Source: Candidatus Thorarchaeota archaeon
Lineage (GTDB): Archaea; Asgardarchaeota; Thorarchaeia; Thorarchaeales; Thorarchaeaceae
DNA: 64,000 bases
Direction of reading: 5' to 3'
Assembly (NCBI GenBank): GCA_048882045.1
Contig: JBHLRZ010000013.1
Location: 21,365 to 85,364, forward strand
A program made the position numbers and the translations under genes. Positions 29,850-38,503 of the stretch are shown piece by piece (the stretch's first letter is position 1; each line of letters starts with the position of its first letter). Under the pieces are notes generated by a model that saw only the letters and a list, made by a program, of their open reading frames with translations, was not told where the DNA came from and did not search any database.

Positions 29850-31052
29850 ATGGACTTCTCACTATCTGATACAGAGCAGAAACTATGGGAACGGGCAAAG
29901 GAGTTTGCCAGCGAGCACATCACTCCACGGGCTCATGAGCTCGAAAAGAAGAACGAATTTCCAAAGGATGTTGTTCAAAAAGCCTATGAAGCAGGTCTGA
30001 TGAACTTACATATCCCACGTGAGGCAGGAGGACCAGGACTATCCTTGCTAGCAGAAACCCTCGTTTCTGAAGCAACAGGATACGGATGTGCAGGTATGGC
30101 CACCTCTATCATGTGTAACAATCTAGCATTCGCACCTCTCGTGATTGGAGCTACAACTGAGCAACTGAAGAAGTATGTTGAACCCTTGATTACAGGAAAA
30201 GATGCGAAATTCGGTGCATTTTCATTGACTGAAAGGAAGGCAGGTTCAGATGCAGCTGCAGTGGCTACTAGAGCTGTGCGTGATGGAGACGAGTACGTAA
30301 TCAATGGTATGAAGTGTTGGATCACAAATGCTCCAGTGGCATCCCTCTTCACAGTCTTTGCGTCAACTCAACCAGATCTGAAGCACAAAGGGCTTTCAGT
30401 GTTCATGGTACCAAAAGGGAAAGGTGTGAAGATTGGGCACATTGAGAACAAAGTAGGTCAGCTCAATTCAATTCAGAGCGAAGTCATTTTTGAAGATGTT
30501 CGGGTACCTTCAGATTGCCTGGTTGGAAAGGAGGGTGATGGATTCAAGATCGCAATGATGACCCTCGACAAGACCCGGGCAGGAATCGCAGCTATTGCGA
30601 CGGGAGTAGCTCAGCGAGCAGTTGACGAAGCAGCGAAATTTGCCAATATCCGTCACCAGTTTGGACAACCAATAGGTAAATTCCAAGGTATTAGCTTCAC
30701 CCTGGCAGACATGGGTGCAAAGACAGCTGCAGCACGGTGGCAGACAAGATACGCAGCATGGTTAGCTGACCAAGGTCTACCCAACTCCAAAGACTCTGCA
30801 TTTGCCAAATTCTTTGCATCAGACACAGCGATGCAGAATGCCATTGAATGCATTCAGATCATGGGTGGCTATGGTTATGTCAACGAGTATCCAGCTGAGA
30901 AACTGATGCGAGATGCCAAACTCCTTCAGATCTATGAGGGTACAAACCAAGTCCAGCGTTTGGTAGCTGGAAGTGCGATTCTCAAGGAGTCTGTCAACCT
31001 AGATACTGGTTTCCGATTCAAGTATGATGGGCGTGATGCCCCAATTCTTTAG
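29850..31052 (+). CDS. Acyl-CoA dehydrogenase
   Basis: FSLTE..AGSD, NGMKCWITN, R.QFGQPI..FQ, IQIMGGYGY and QIYEGTNQVQR. Confidence 0.95.
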   Translation: MDFSLSDTEQKLWERAKEFASEHITPRAHELEKKNEFPKDVVQKAYEAGLMNLHIPREAGGPGLSLLAETLVSEATGYGCAGMATSIMCNNLAFAPLVIGATTEQLKKYVEPLITGKDAKFGAFSLTERKAGSDAAAVATRAVRDGDEYVINGMKCWITNAPVASLFTVFASTQPDLKHKGLSVFMVPKGKGVKIGHIENKVGQLNSIQSEVIFEDVRVPSDCLVGKEGDGFKIAMMTLDKTRAGIAAIATGVAQRAVDEAAKFANIRHQFGQPIGKFQGISFTLADMGAKTAAARWQTRYAAWLADQGLPNSKDSAFAKFFASDTAMQNAIECIQIMGGYGYVNEYPAEKLMRDAKLLQIYEGTNQVQRLVAGSAILKESVNLDTGFRFKYDGRDAPIL

Positions 31053-31060
31053 ACTGTTGT

Positions 31061-31098
31061 GACCGTGTAGTCAATACACGGTCCTACATACTCTTTTT
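31061..31098 (+). terminator. Hairpin plus T-tract after the acyl-CoA dehydrogenase
   Basis: gaccgtgta-gtcaa-tacacggtc (9-bp perfect stem), then ctacatactcttttt. Confidence 0.6.
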
Positions 31099-31166
31099 CA
31101 CAATGGGTTACTTACTTAAGACCGAAAGACTCCAGCCAACTCAACACTGACTGGAGTATAACAACC

Positions 31167-31913
31167 TTGGGCGAGAATGAAACAATTCACACTATCAAGA
31201 ATCGCCGAGCCATAAGGGACTATGACACAAGCAAAGATGTGCCAGATGAACTTGTGTATCAGGTGATTGAGGCTGGTGGATATGCACCCAGCGCTGAAAA
31301 CCAGCAGCCATGGAGGATTATTGTTGTCAGAGACAAAAAGCTGCAAGAGTTCATCGGGCAGAAGGCTGTCGATAGGACAATCGAGCTCTTCGGTCGTGCA
31401 ACACCCAGAGAGGAACTCGAGCGAAGACTTAGCTATATCAAGTCAAAAGCTAGTCTTGAGCGCACCATTGACATCCTAATCTCAGGGGAACGCTTTGAGT
31501 ACATCAAGGGAAAACCTGAAACTTATGGTGCACCTGTACTTCTAGTCCTAGCAGTGGATCAGACACATGTTGGAAACTCACAGGCAACTCTTAGGGGAAC
31601 CGGTGGAGTCTATGGTTGGTCTTCACCTAGACATGCTGTTATTGCAGGTGCAATGATGATGCAGAACATGACACTTGCAGCTACGGCACTGGGACTAGGC
31701 AGCTGTGTATCATCAGTCCAGCTGGATCACTTCGACGATGTAGGAGCTATCTCAGAGAAACTGGGCATCCCTTATCCACACTGGGTGCCAATTCTATGCT
31801 TAACTCTAGGTTATGCGCTGAACGAAAGGACTCTCGGACCGCCACGGCAACCGCCGGAGGAGATTGCTTTCCTCAATAAATGGGGAGATGCATTCAAGGG
31901 GGGTAAGAAATGA
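31167..31913 (+). CDS. Nitroreductase-family flavoprotein
   Basis: RRAIRDY, APSAENQQPW, QNMTLAATALGLGSC and LGY. Confidence 0.9.
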   Translation: MGENETIHTIKNRRAIRDYDTSKDVPDELVYQVIEAGGYAPSAENQQPWRIIVVRDKKLQEFIGQKAVDRTIELFGRATPREELERRLSYIKSKASLERTIDILISGERFEYIKGKPETYGAPVLLVLAVDQTHVGNSQATLRGTGGVYGWSSPRHAVIAGAMMMQNMTLAATALGLGSCVSSVQLDHFDDVGAISEKLGIPYPHWVPILCLTLGYALNERTLGPPRQPPEEIAFLNKWGDAFKGGKK

Positions 31914-32458
31914 ACGATCTAAATATACTGAGAACAAGCTTTGTTGCGCTTCTTGATGGTCTATGGTGGGGATTGAGGGATAATACTGGTCCTCTCTCTA
32001 TGTACGAGGGTTATGCCCGCGGATTCAAACAGATGGGTCTCGAAATTGCAGAGATGGCAGGGGGAAAAGGTGCTATTGCTGCAGCGGAGATAGCTGGCAA
32101 GATGTTTAGTGCCATAGGTCTCGATGTGGATGTAGATGAAAAGGAGATCATCGTGAAGAAGTGCCCCGTTTTAAACAGGATTCAAGAACGTGGGCTCGAA
32201 TTTGCCTTTCATGTTGAAGAGATATGTTGGATGCCGATGCTTGAAGGGATAGGTGAGAAGACCGGGGCGAAGCCAGAAATGGAAATATCACTACGGCTTG
32301 CTCAATTAGAGGCTGCGAAAATTTCTTACAAGAAAGGGAAGGCCAAGACCGCCTTAGAAAGAGGAAGCATCACAAAAGAGCAGTATGACAAGGAAATAGT
32401 TATGCTGGATGAGTCCTTAGAAAAAGCACCAACATTTGGCCATTATCGATTCAAGTAA
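31910..32458 (+). CDS. V4R/H-NOX-like (DUF6125/ATC-hydrolase-like) protein with an inserted helical segment
   Basis: LDGLWW..L, IIVKKCP...IC..M.EG and terminal HYRF pattern; ATGA overlap with the nitroreductase. Confidence 0.5.
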   Translation: MNDLNILRTSFVALLDGLWWGLRDNTGPLSMYEGYARGFKQMGLEIAEMAGGKGAIAAAEIAGKMFSAIGLDVDVDEKEIIVKKCPVLNRIQERGLEFAFHVEEICWMPMLEGIGEKTGAKPEMEISLRLAQLEAAKISYKKGKAKTALERGSITKEQYDKEIVMLDESLEKAPTFGHYRFK

Positions 32459-32477
32459 GAGAGGTAGGCAAGAGGAA

Positions 32478-33743
32478 ATGGAAAATCTAGAGAAGGCAGG
32501 ACTTGCTTTCAACTACAATAAAGTACCAGATACAAAGTCTAAGTCCCTTCCGAAGCGAGTATATATTTGGGATGAAACTCTTCGGGATGGTGAACAAACT
32601 CCAGGAGTGGCCCTTACTATAGATGAGAAGATTGAGATAGCAAAGAAGCTTGATGAAGTGGGTACAGCCATTGTAGCAGTTGGTTTTCCAGCAGTCAGTA
32701 ATGAAGAGAAGAAAGCAGTTAAAGCCATAGCAAAAGAGGGTCTCGACAAGGCTGTTGTTGCAGCTCCAGCGCGGGCTGTTAGGTCTGATATCGATGCCTG
32801 TATCGAAGCAGGAGTCGACGAGGTTCCAGTTTTCATTGCAACTTCTGATTTTAGGTTGAAGTATCAGTTGAGAATGTCTAGAGAACAGATGCTTGAACGA
32901 TTGACAGAGTGCATTGAGTATGGTAGAGAGCACGGTCTCACAATTGACTACATCGCAGAAGACTCAACTCGAAGTGATATGGACTTTCTCTGTAGTGCCT
33001 ACAGGACAGCAATCGATGCAGGAGCTGACAAAATCTGTGTCGCGGACACTGTAGGCTTTGTACGACCTGAAGTGATGAAATTCATCGTTCGCGGAATCAA
33101 GGAACGACTCTGGACCAAGTCCAAGTACAAAGTACCTATGTCTGCTCACTGCCATGATGACTTCGGGTTAGCGACTGCAAACACTCTTGCAGCGATAGAG
33201 GAAGGAATCACATATCCCCAGGTCTGTGTCAATGCCTACGGAGAAAGGGCAGGGAATGCAGCTTTCGAGGAGGTAGTGATGACCTTGGAGGAGCTTTACG
33301 GAATTGACACAGGTGTAGAAACCGAGAAGCTCTTTGGACTCTCCAAACTTATTGAGCGACACTTTGTGGTACCGCTACCTCTCCACAAGGCAATAAGTGG
33401 GGACAATGCCTTCACTCACTCTAGTGGTATCCACTCCCATGGCCAGCTTACACATTCAATGACCTATGAACCGATCAGCCCAACTCTTGTAGGACGACGG
33501 CGGGAGTTTCACCTGGGGAAATTTGTAGGAAGACACTTTGTTGAATACTTGCTAAAGATGGGTGGAGTAAAAGCAACTCCTGAGCAAGCTAGAGAGATAA
33601 CTGAACGAGTGAAACGCACACATGAAGAAAGAAAGAAAACCCAGTCCAAAGTAGCATTTGACAAGATCAAGGGAGACCTCAAAGCTCTCAGGACAGGGGT
33701 TACTGAACGTGAGTTCTGGGCTATTGTCTTCGATGTGATTTGA
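32478..33743 (+). CDS. 2-isopropylmalate/homocitrate/citramalate synthase family (DRE-TIM) enzyme lacking the LeuA regulatory domain
   Basis: DETLRDGEQTPG, AEDSTR, DTVG, HCHDDFGLATAN, GERAGN, HSSGIH and YEP; only about 420 aa. Confidence 0.9.
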   Translation: MENLEKAGLAFNYNKVPDTKSKSLPKRVYIWDETLRDGEQTPGVALTIDEKIEIAKKLDEVGTAIVAVGFPAVSNEEKKAVKAIAKEGLDKAVVAAPARAVRSDIDACIEAGVDEVPVFIATSDFRLKYQLRMSREQMLERLTECIEYGREHGLTIDYIAEDSTRSDMDFLCSAYRTAIDAGADKICVADTVGFVRPEVMKFIVRGIKERLWTKSKYKVPMSAHCHDDFGLATANTLAAIEEGITYPQVCVNAYGERAGNAAFEEVVMTLEELYGIDTGVETEKLFGLSKLIERHFVVPLPLHKAISGDNAFTHSSGIHSHGQLTHSMTYEPISPTLVGRRREFHLGKFVGRHFVEYLLKMGGVKATPEQAREITERVKRTHEERKKTQSKVAFDKIKGDLKALRTGVTEREFWAIVFDVI

Positions 33744-33745
33744 AA

Positions 33746-34465
33746 TCACTCAAGAGACTTGCTAAGATTTCTCCTCATCAACACTCCAAAGTTCATTATC
33801 ATAATCCCAAGCAGGAATGCAAGACCAAAACAATAGAGGACGATAATTTCTAATTCAGCTGTTGCAGGATTAAGACCCGAGAGCCAGTGACTCATCGTGA
33901 GATAATAGAGAACCTCTGTAATTAGAAACAGGGTAGCAATCACCATAGCCATTGTGATACCTCTTCGAAAGACAGTTGTGGCATGGGATGCTTCTTTGGT
34001 GACCTCTCCAAGTTGGTCCTTTACTGGTAGCGACTCGATTTTAACAAAGTGCCCCTTCAGGATCTGCTCTTTGACGAAGTTGTCTAACTTGGGCAAATCC
34101 ATCTTTGTGTGGTCTGCTTCGATGAACGTCCCCCTCACGAATTTGAATGCGGCACCTCCACTGAAGATGGCTAAGACAAATAGAACTATGGCAAAAACAA
34201 CGACTTGCCAGAATGCAAAGAGGGCGAGTATGATTACTACTAGGGTAAACATGACCAACATCTCAATTATCCCACCAGAGCTCTCAACACCGCCACCAAA
34301 GAGGAAACTGAGTTGTTTCAGGGCGTTAATTGCTATCCAAGTCTGGTAGAAGCTCTCGTCACTAAGATTGAGATTACGTTCAATAGATTCCTTTACGTCA
34401 TCTCGTTTTCCACCATAGATGGCAATCTTCATGGTAGGTTCGAATTCTTCATTCGACGTGCTCAT
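33746..34465 (-). CDS. Hypothetical membrane protein (~4 TM)
   Basis: GGAGGT RBS; several long hydrophobic segments. Confidence 0.75.
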   Translation of the reverse strand: MSTSNEEFEPTMKIAIYGGKRDDVKESIERNLNLSDESFYQTWIAINALKQLSFLFGGGVESSGGIIEMLVMFTLVVIILALFAFWQVVVFAIVLFVLAIFSGGAAFKFVRGTFIEADHTKMDLPKLDNFVKEQILKGHFVKIESLPVKDQLGEVTKEASHATTVFRRGITMAMVIATLFLITEVLYYLTMSHWLSGLNPATAELEIIVLYCFGLAFLLGIMIMNFGVLMRRNLSKSLE

Positions 34466-34566
34466 TCAATGATACCTCCCAACGCTATGGATTTCCGATG
34501 AATACTGTTTGATATAACAGTATCTAGACCGAATTCCTTTTCCGTGAATATGATGGTTGAGGGCAT

Positions 34567-35277
34567 ATGACAGACGCGTGGAGCGAAATCATGAAGGATG
34601 CCGCTGACGGAGTCGAGGGTGAGTACTATATTGAGCGAGATGATGGCAGGGTTGAAACGCTCCAAATCCTGGACTACATCAAACCGTTTTCAGAATGGTC
34701 AGAACCTGAAAAGCTTGCATTGAAGCATGCCAAAGGTAAAATTCTTGACATAGGTTGTGGCCTTGGGAGAGTTGCTATTCACCTTCAGAATCTAGGATTC
34801 CAAGTGGTGGGAGTAGATCTTGCCAAAGGAGCTATAGAAGCCTGCAGGAAACTTGGATTAAGAGAAGCGTATGTCATGTCAGCTGACAATCTTGATTTTC
34901 CTGATGCTGAGTTTGATACTGTTCTGCTTTTTGGCAACAACTTCGGAATTCTGGGGATTGAGGACAAGGTTGTTGAGATGCTCCGTACATTGCACAGAAT
35001 GACCTCCAAAGAAGGAGTTATACTGGCAGGAACAATAGATGTTGAGCATACAGAGGATTCTGAGCATCTCGAATATCACAAATGGAATCTGTCCCGAGGA
35101 AAACCAAAAGGTCTGGTCCGAATACGGGTCAAATACAAAGGCTGTGTTGACGACTGGGGCGATCTGTTTCATGCATTACCACGTGAGATGGAAACAATGG
35201 CGAACAAAGCAGGGTGGATATTGAAGAAAAAGTACCAGACTGGATCAGCCTACGTGGGTGTTTTGACAAAGAGTTGA
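34567..35277 (+). CDS. Class I SAM-dependent methyltransferase
   Basis: IERDDG, ILDIGCGLGR, GVD and FDTVLLFGNNFG. Confidence 0.9.
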   Translation: MTDAWSEIMKDAADGVEGEYYIERDDGRVETLQILDYIKPFSEWSEPEKLALKHAKGKILDIGCGLGRVAIHLQNLGFQVVGVDLAKGAIEACRKLGLREAYVMSADNLDFPDAEFDTVLLFGNNFGILGIEDKVVEMLRTLHRMTSKEGVILAGTIDVEHTEDSEHLEYHKWNLSRGKPKGLVRIRVKYKGCVDDWGDLFHALPREMETMANKAGWILKKKYQTGSAYVGVLTKS

Positions 35278-35282
35278 GAAAT

Positions 35283-35810
35283 ATGACAATCTATGAACTT
35301 GGAAATAAGAAACCTGAGATCGCAGAATCAGCGTATGTTCATCCTCAAGCTTCCGTCATTGGTGACGTGAAGATTGGAGAACGAGTGTTTGTAGCACCAA
35401 TGGTGTCTATTCGTGGAGACCGTGGAAGAATCGTGATTGGGGATGAAACTAACCTACAGGATGGAGTAGCAATACATTCCGATCCTAGCTTCACGACCAA
35501 GGTTGGTCGTCGAGTGAACATAGGACATAATGCTACAATTCATGCTGCGGCAATAGGCGACAATGCGGCTATAGGAATGGGAGCTGTGCTTATGCTTGGG
35601 AGTAAGGTCGCAGATGGAGCGATGATTGCCAACTCCGCCCTATTGCATACCAAAACAAAAACTGAGTCCAACAAGATTTATGCTGGAGTTCCTGCAAAGT
35701 ACATGAGAGACCTCGATCCTGAAGGAGAAGCTAGGAAGGCAATAGATGACTACATAGACTCATACATCGAAAACACGAGGACATACAAAGCAGAACTGGA
35801 AGAGGTTTGA
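35283..35810 (+). CDS. Gamma-carbonic anhydrase family (hexapeptide repeat)
   Basis: VIGDV.IG, IRGD, NLQDG..IH, IGHNATIH (three Zn-binding His), IGMGA and GVPAK. Confidence 0.92.
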   Translation: MTIYELGNKKPEIAESAYVHPQASVIGDVKIGERVFVAPMVSIRGDRGRIVIGDETNLQDGVAIHSDPSFTTKVGRRVNIGHNATIHAAAIGDNAAIGMGAVLMLGSKVADGAMIANSALLHTKTKTESNKIYAGVPAKYMRDLDPEGEARKAIDDYIDSYIENTRTYKAELEEV

Positions 35811-35908
35811 TGCTAAATTTCAGCAATTGGTTAGCACTGAGAGACCCTCGATTGCTCTGATGTACCATGTTATACAGGATTTTCTCAGGTATTTTGTGGC
35901 GAAACACA

Positions 35909-36139
35909 ATGGAACGAGCAATTACTGGTTCTATCATCTCAGCCCAATTGGGCAACCTTGGTAAGAAGAAATATGGATTCATCGGAGTAAAGACTGAAGA
36001 TTTGAAGGAATTCAAGATCAAAGTGGCTGCTGAAACGAAGTATGAAACATTGGACGTCGGGTCAAGAGTCCATATCGTAGCTGAACTAATTGGCGATATG
36101 GGAATCATGACTGCCAAGTCAATTATGTTTGTCCAGTAG
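35909..36139 (+). CDS. Small OB-fold / cold-shock-domain-like protein, copy 1
   Basis: TGSIIS..LG...KKYGFIG...YETLDVGSRV; paralogous to the next two ORFs. Confidence 0.7.
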   Translation: MERAITGSIISAQLGNLGKKKYGFIGVKTEDLKEFKIKVAAETKYETLDVGSRVHIVAELIGDMGIMTAKSIMFVQ

Positions 36140-36210
36140 TTTACATGGCTAGATGTAAAATCAAATGACAGTACCCATATCTTTTTGAGTATTTTAACAA
36201 TAGTTAATGT

Positions 36211-36492
36211 ATGAAGCAGGTAAGTGGTAAGATAATCTCAGCAGACCTGGGACAGTTCTCAAAGAAAGAGATTGTCTATGGATATATTGGAATTGAGCTT
36301 CCAGATAAGTCCCACATCAAAATCAAGATAGATAGCTACACTTGGTATGAAACATTATCAATTGGTGACGAAGTGGTTGTGGAGGTTGAGAAACTAGCCA
36401 ACACGGAGATTCTTGTGGCAAGGAAAGTCCGACTCGAATCAAGCCTGGAGATGGAGAGCAAAGATAGGAAGCATGTTGAAACATCTGCATAG
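36211..36492 (+). CDS. Small OB-fold / cold-shock-domain-like protein, copy 2
   Basis: SGKIISADLG...YGYIG...YETLSIGDEV. Confidence 0.7.
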   Translation: MKQVSGKIISADLGQFSKKEIVYGYIGIELPDKSHIKIKIDSYTWYETLSIGDEVVVEVEKLANTEILVARKVRLESSLEMESKDRKHVETSA

Positions 36493-36555
36493 CACATTGC
36501 ACAGACAGATTAGGTTATACGTGAATCGAATTGGCGAGCAGACAGGCGAATTTCA

Positions 36556-36789
36556 ATGGCAGAGAAGATTTTCACCGGATCAATAATTTCAACCCAATTG
36601 GGTAGCATGGGAAAGAAGGCCTATGGATTCATTGGCATTGAAACCGAAGAGAAAGAACATCTCAAACTCAAAGTAGCAGCTTTCACTGAATACGACACTC
36701 TTGAAATGGGTCGTCGAGTTCATGTAGTTGCTGAACACATCGGAAACATGGATGTACTCACAGCCAAGACAATCTTTCTCGCAGAGTAG
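36556..36789 (+). CDS. Small OB-fold / cold-shock-domain-like protein, copy 3
   Basis: TGSIISTQLG..GKKAYGFIG...YDTLEMGRRV. Confidence 0.7.
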   Translation: MAEKIFTGSIISTQLGSMGKKAYGFIGIETEEKEHLKLKVAAFTEYDTLEMGRRVHVVAEHIGNMDVLTAKTIFLAE

Positions 36790-36860
36790 GAACAGAGATA
36801 CGCAGTATACTTTTAGAGGCTGATGTACATAATCAGTCAGTCAAGAAGAGAGGTAGAACT

Positions 36861-37238
36861 ATGCCAGACCTTCCATTGCGTTACTACTGTTATGTCTGTG
36901 GACACATCAATGACCTGATGCTGGAAGTACCACTTGCTCCTGAACTAGAAAGGAGTGAAATCAAGTGTGAGAACTGTGGTGATGTCACCCATCTACTTGT
37001 GACTGCATGTCCTGAATGCCAGCAAGCTTTCAGATACTTCCTTTCGGATCTTGATTTTCCCAATGAGATTATTCAGCTTTCTGCAGCATATGTGAAACTG
37101 ATTGAGGGAATCAGGGATAGTATAGCCAACCATATCGACGAGTTCAATGTTCCTCTTCCTGGAAAATGGTCAGTCAAACTAAACTGCGAGTGTGGGAAGG
37201 AATACCAGGCTGAGATTCCTCTGCCCAAAATCTCCTAG
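36861..37238 (+). CDS. Multi-Zn-ribbon hypothetical protein
   Basis: CYVC, CENC, CPEC and CEC; GAGGT RBS. Confidence 0.75.
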   Translation: MPDLPLRYYCYVCGHINDLMLEVPLAPELERSEIKCENCGDVTHLLVTACPECQQAFRYFLSDLDFPNEIIQLSAAYVKLIEGIRDSIANHIDEFNVPLPGKWSVKLNCECGKEYQAEIPLPKIS

Positions 37239-37243
37239 TTTGT

Positions 37244-37681
37244 TTAACCAACTTGAATTTCTGTTTCGAGACGAACAGGAGTCAAGAGCGAGTTGCTAAT
37301 GGGACAAGTCGTATGAGCCATATCTATGGCTTTCTGGACCTTATCACGGTAGGATTCATCTTCTATCACGACATGAACCTTCAGGAGAATCTCATCGAAC
37401 CTCCAAATCCCATCATGTTCTCCCATAATTCCTGTAGCATCAATAGTGGCATCTTTGAAGCTGGTGTGTAGCACAGCTGCAGTTCGAAACATCATAACAA
37501 GTTGACAGGATGCTGAAGCTGCAAGAAGCATGCTATGCGGAGTATGAAATCCCTCAGGAGCATCTGGCCACCAGTCAGCAGATGTTGTGACCTCAAACTC
37601 TTCCATATCATGCATCTTAACTCCAGCAAACATCGGACGAGTTACACGGGCGCGTAGACTATAGACATGCTCATCTATCAT
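37244..37681 (-). CDS. OsmC/Ohr family protein
   Basis: TP..MLLAASASC and AHTTCPISNSL (two catalytic Cys). Confidence 0.88.
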   Translation of the reverse strand: MIDEHVYSLRARVTRPMFAGVKMHDMEEFEVTTSADWWPDAPEGFHTPHSMLLAASASCQLVMMFRTAAVLHTSFKDATIDATGIMGEHDGIWRFDEILLKVHVVIEDESYRDKVQKAIDMAHTTCPISNSLLTPVRLETEIQVG

Positions 37682-37721
37682 GTTAATAACTTATTTATAT
37701 TTATTAATAAGTTATTTGATA

Positions 37722-38171
37722 CTACCCAATTACGACCTCAGAGTTTAGATAAACCGGGCACTTCATGGAGTTGGCTACGAGACAATATCTGTGTGCCCTC
37801 TCTGCAGCCTTCTCCATTTTCTTCCTGTCTTTCTCGTTTGTCACAATGATCTTTGAATTCATGGTAATTTGATTGAACTCCCAACCGTACTCAGCCATAG
37901 CAAGAGTACCTGTTGCACTGATATGAAAATCCTTGAACTCCGCGTGGTAACGCTTTGCCACTCCAGACAATGAGACTCCATAGCAAGCCACAGCTGATGC
38001 AACAAACAGATCCTCTGGTGAGAGGAGTTCTTTTGGACTCTCAGGCCAAAAGTCAGGAGGCGTGGCAATGTGGAATTCTTCTTTTCCTTCAATGTCAATC
38101 GTAACAATCTTCTCTTTGACCCATTTACTAGTCAGTGTGTATACATGTTCTTCTTCTGAATTATCGGACAT
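37722..38171 (-). CDS. OsmC/Ohr family protein, tandem paralog
   Basis: TPPDF, SPEDLFVASAVAC and AHRYCLVANS. Start 38171 or 38195. Confidence 0.88.
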   Translation of the reverse strand: MSDNSEEEHVYTLTSKWVKEKIVTIDIEGKEEFHIATPPDFWPESPKELLSPEDLFVASAVACYGVSLSGVAKRYHAEFKDFHISATGTLAMAEYGWEFNQITMNSKIIVTNEKDRKKMEKAAERAHRYCLVANSMKCPVYLNSEVVIG

Positions 38172-38221
38172 GGAAACTTCCCCATCCCTACTCATTGAAT
38201 AGCATTGCGCTAGGGCAAATC

Positions 38222-38440
38222 AATGAAGTGTAACACTCTACACTTCCAAGGGTGAGGCTTATTAGGAACTTCTTCATTAGAAAACTTGGTGGTCAGGCGG
38301 CTGATGAGGCAATATTTTCTGTAACATGCCCTCATAAGCCTGAGGAGACTTCCTCCTGGCTGAGGAAAACTCCCCCCCTCCTACCATTTGCCTTTCGGCT
38401 CTGGCCACCAACCTATCGGGGGGTGTTACAGAAAGTAACT
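38222..38440 (-). ncRNA. Candidate structured RNA (multi-stem with pseudoknot and alternative pairings) in the osmC leader region
   Basis: 11-bp 38316-38326/38424-38434; C7/G6; GCC-GAAA-GGC on the minus strand; 38286-38296/38401-38411; 38255-38262/38334-38341; hairpin 38225-38246. Strand not certain. Confidence 0.55.
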
Positions 38441-38460
38441 CATTCTATGTTAGAGTTTTC

Positions 38461-38495
38461 AAAAAGGAGAAAGTGGTGCTGCTGGATGCAGCACC
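38461..38495 (-). terminator. Hairpin plus pyrimidine tract ending the vWA gene
   Basis: Minus strand reads ggtgctgc-atcca-gcagcacc then actttctccttttt, 8 nt after the stop codon. Confidence 0.7.
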
Positions 38496-38503
38496 TTAGG
38501 AGA

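Noticed and set aside
35909-37238. Pyrrolysine/TAG read-through fusing the four TAG-ending small genes
   Set aside because: Two of the three gaps are 71 nt (out of frame), and the in-frame 63-nt gap contains another TAG.
38301-38367. Three CUGANGA motifs suggesting a hammerhead ribozyme or C/D-box sRNA
   Set aside because: No stem II followed by GAAA in hammerhead geometry, and no convincing C'/D' boxes.
38316-38434. Integron attC-like site (TAAC...GTTA inverted ends)
   Set aside because: R boxes deviate from RYYYAAC/GTTRRRY, L boxes pair poorly, it is single-copy and no integrase is present.
38338-38440. RNase P RNA: plus-strand hairpin followed by GAGGAAAACUCCCCCC, with ACAGAAA ~67 nt later
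   Set aside because: No downstream CR-III, CR-IV or CR-V and no P4 partner; the sequence runs into the vWA gene terminator. Resemblance only; cmscan would settle it.
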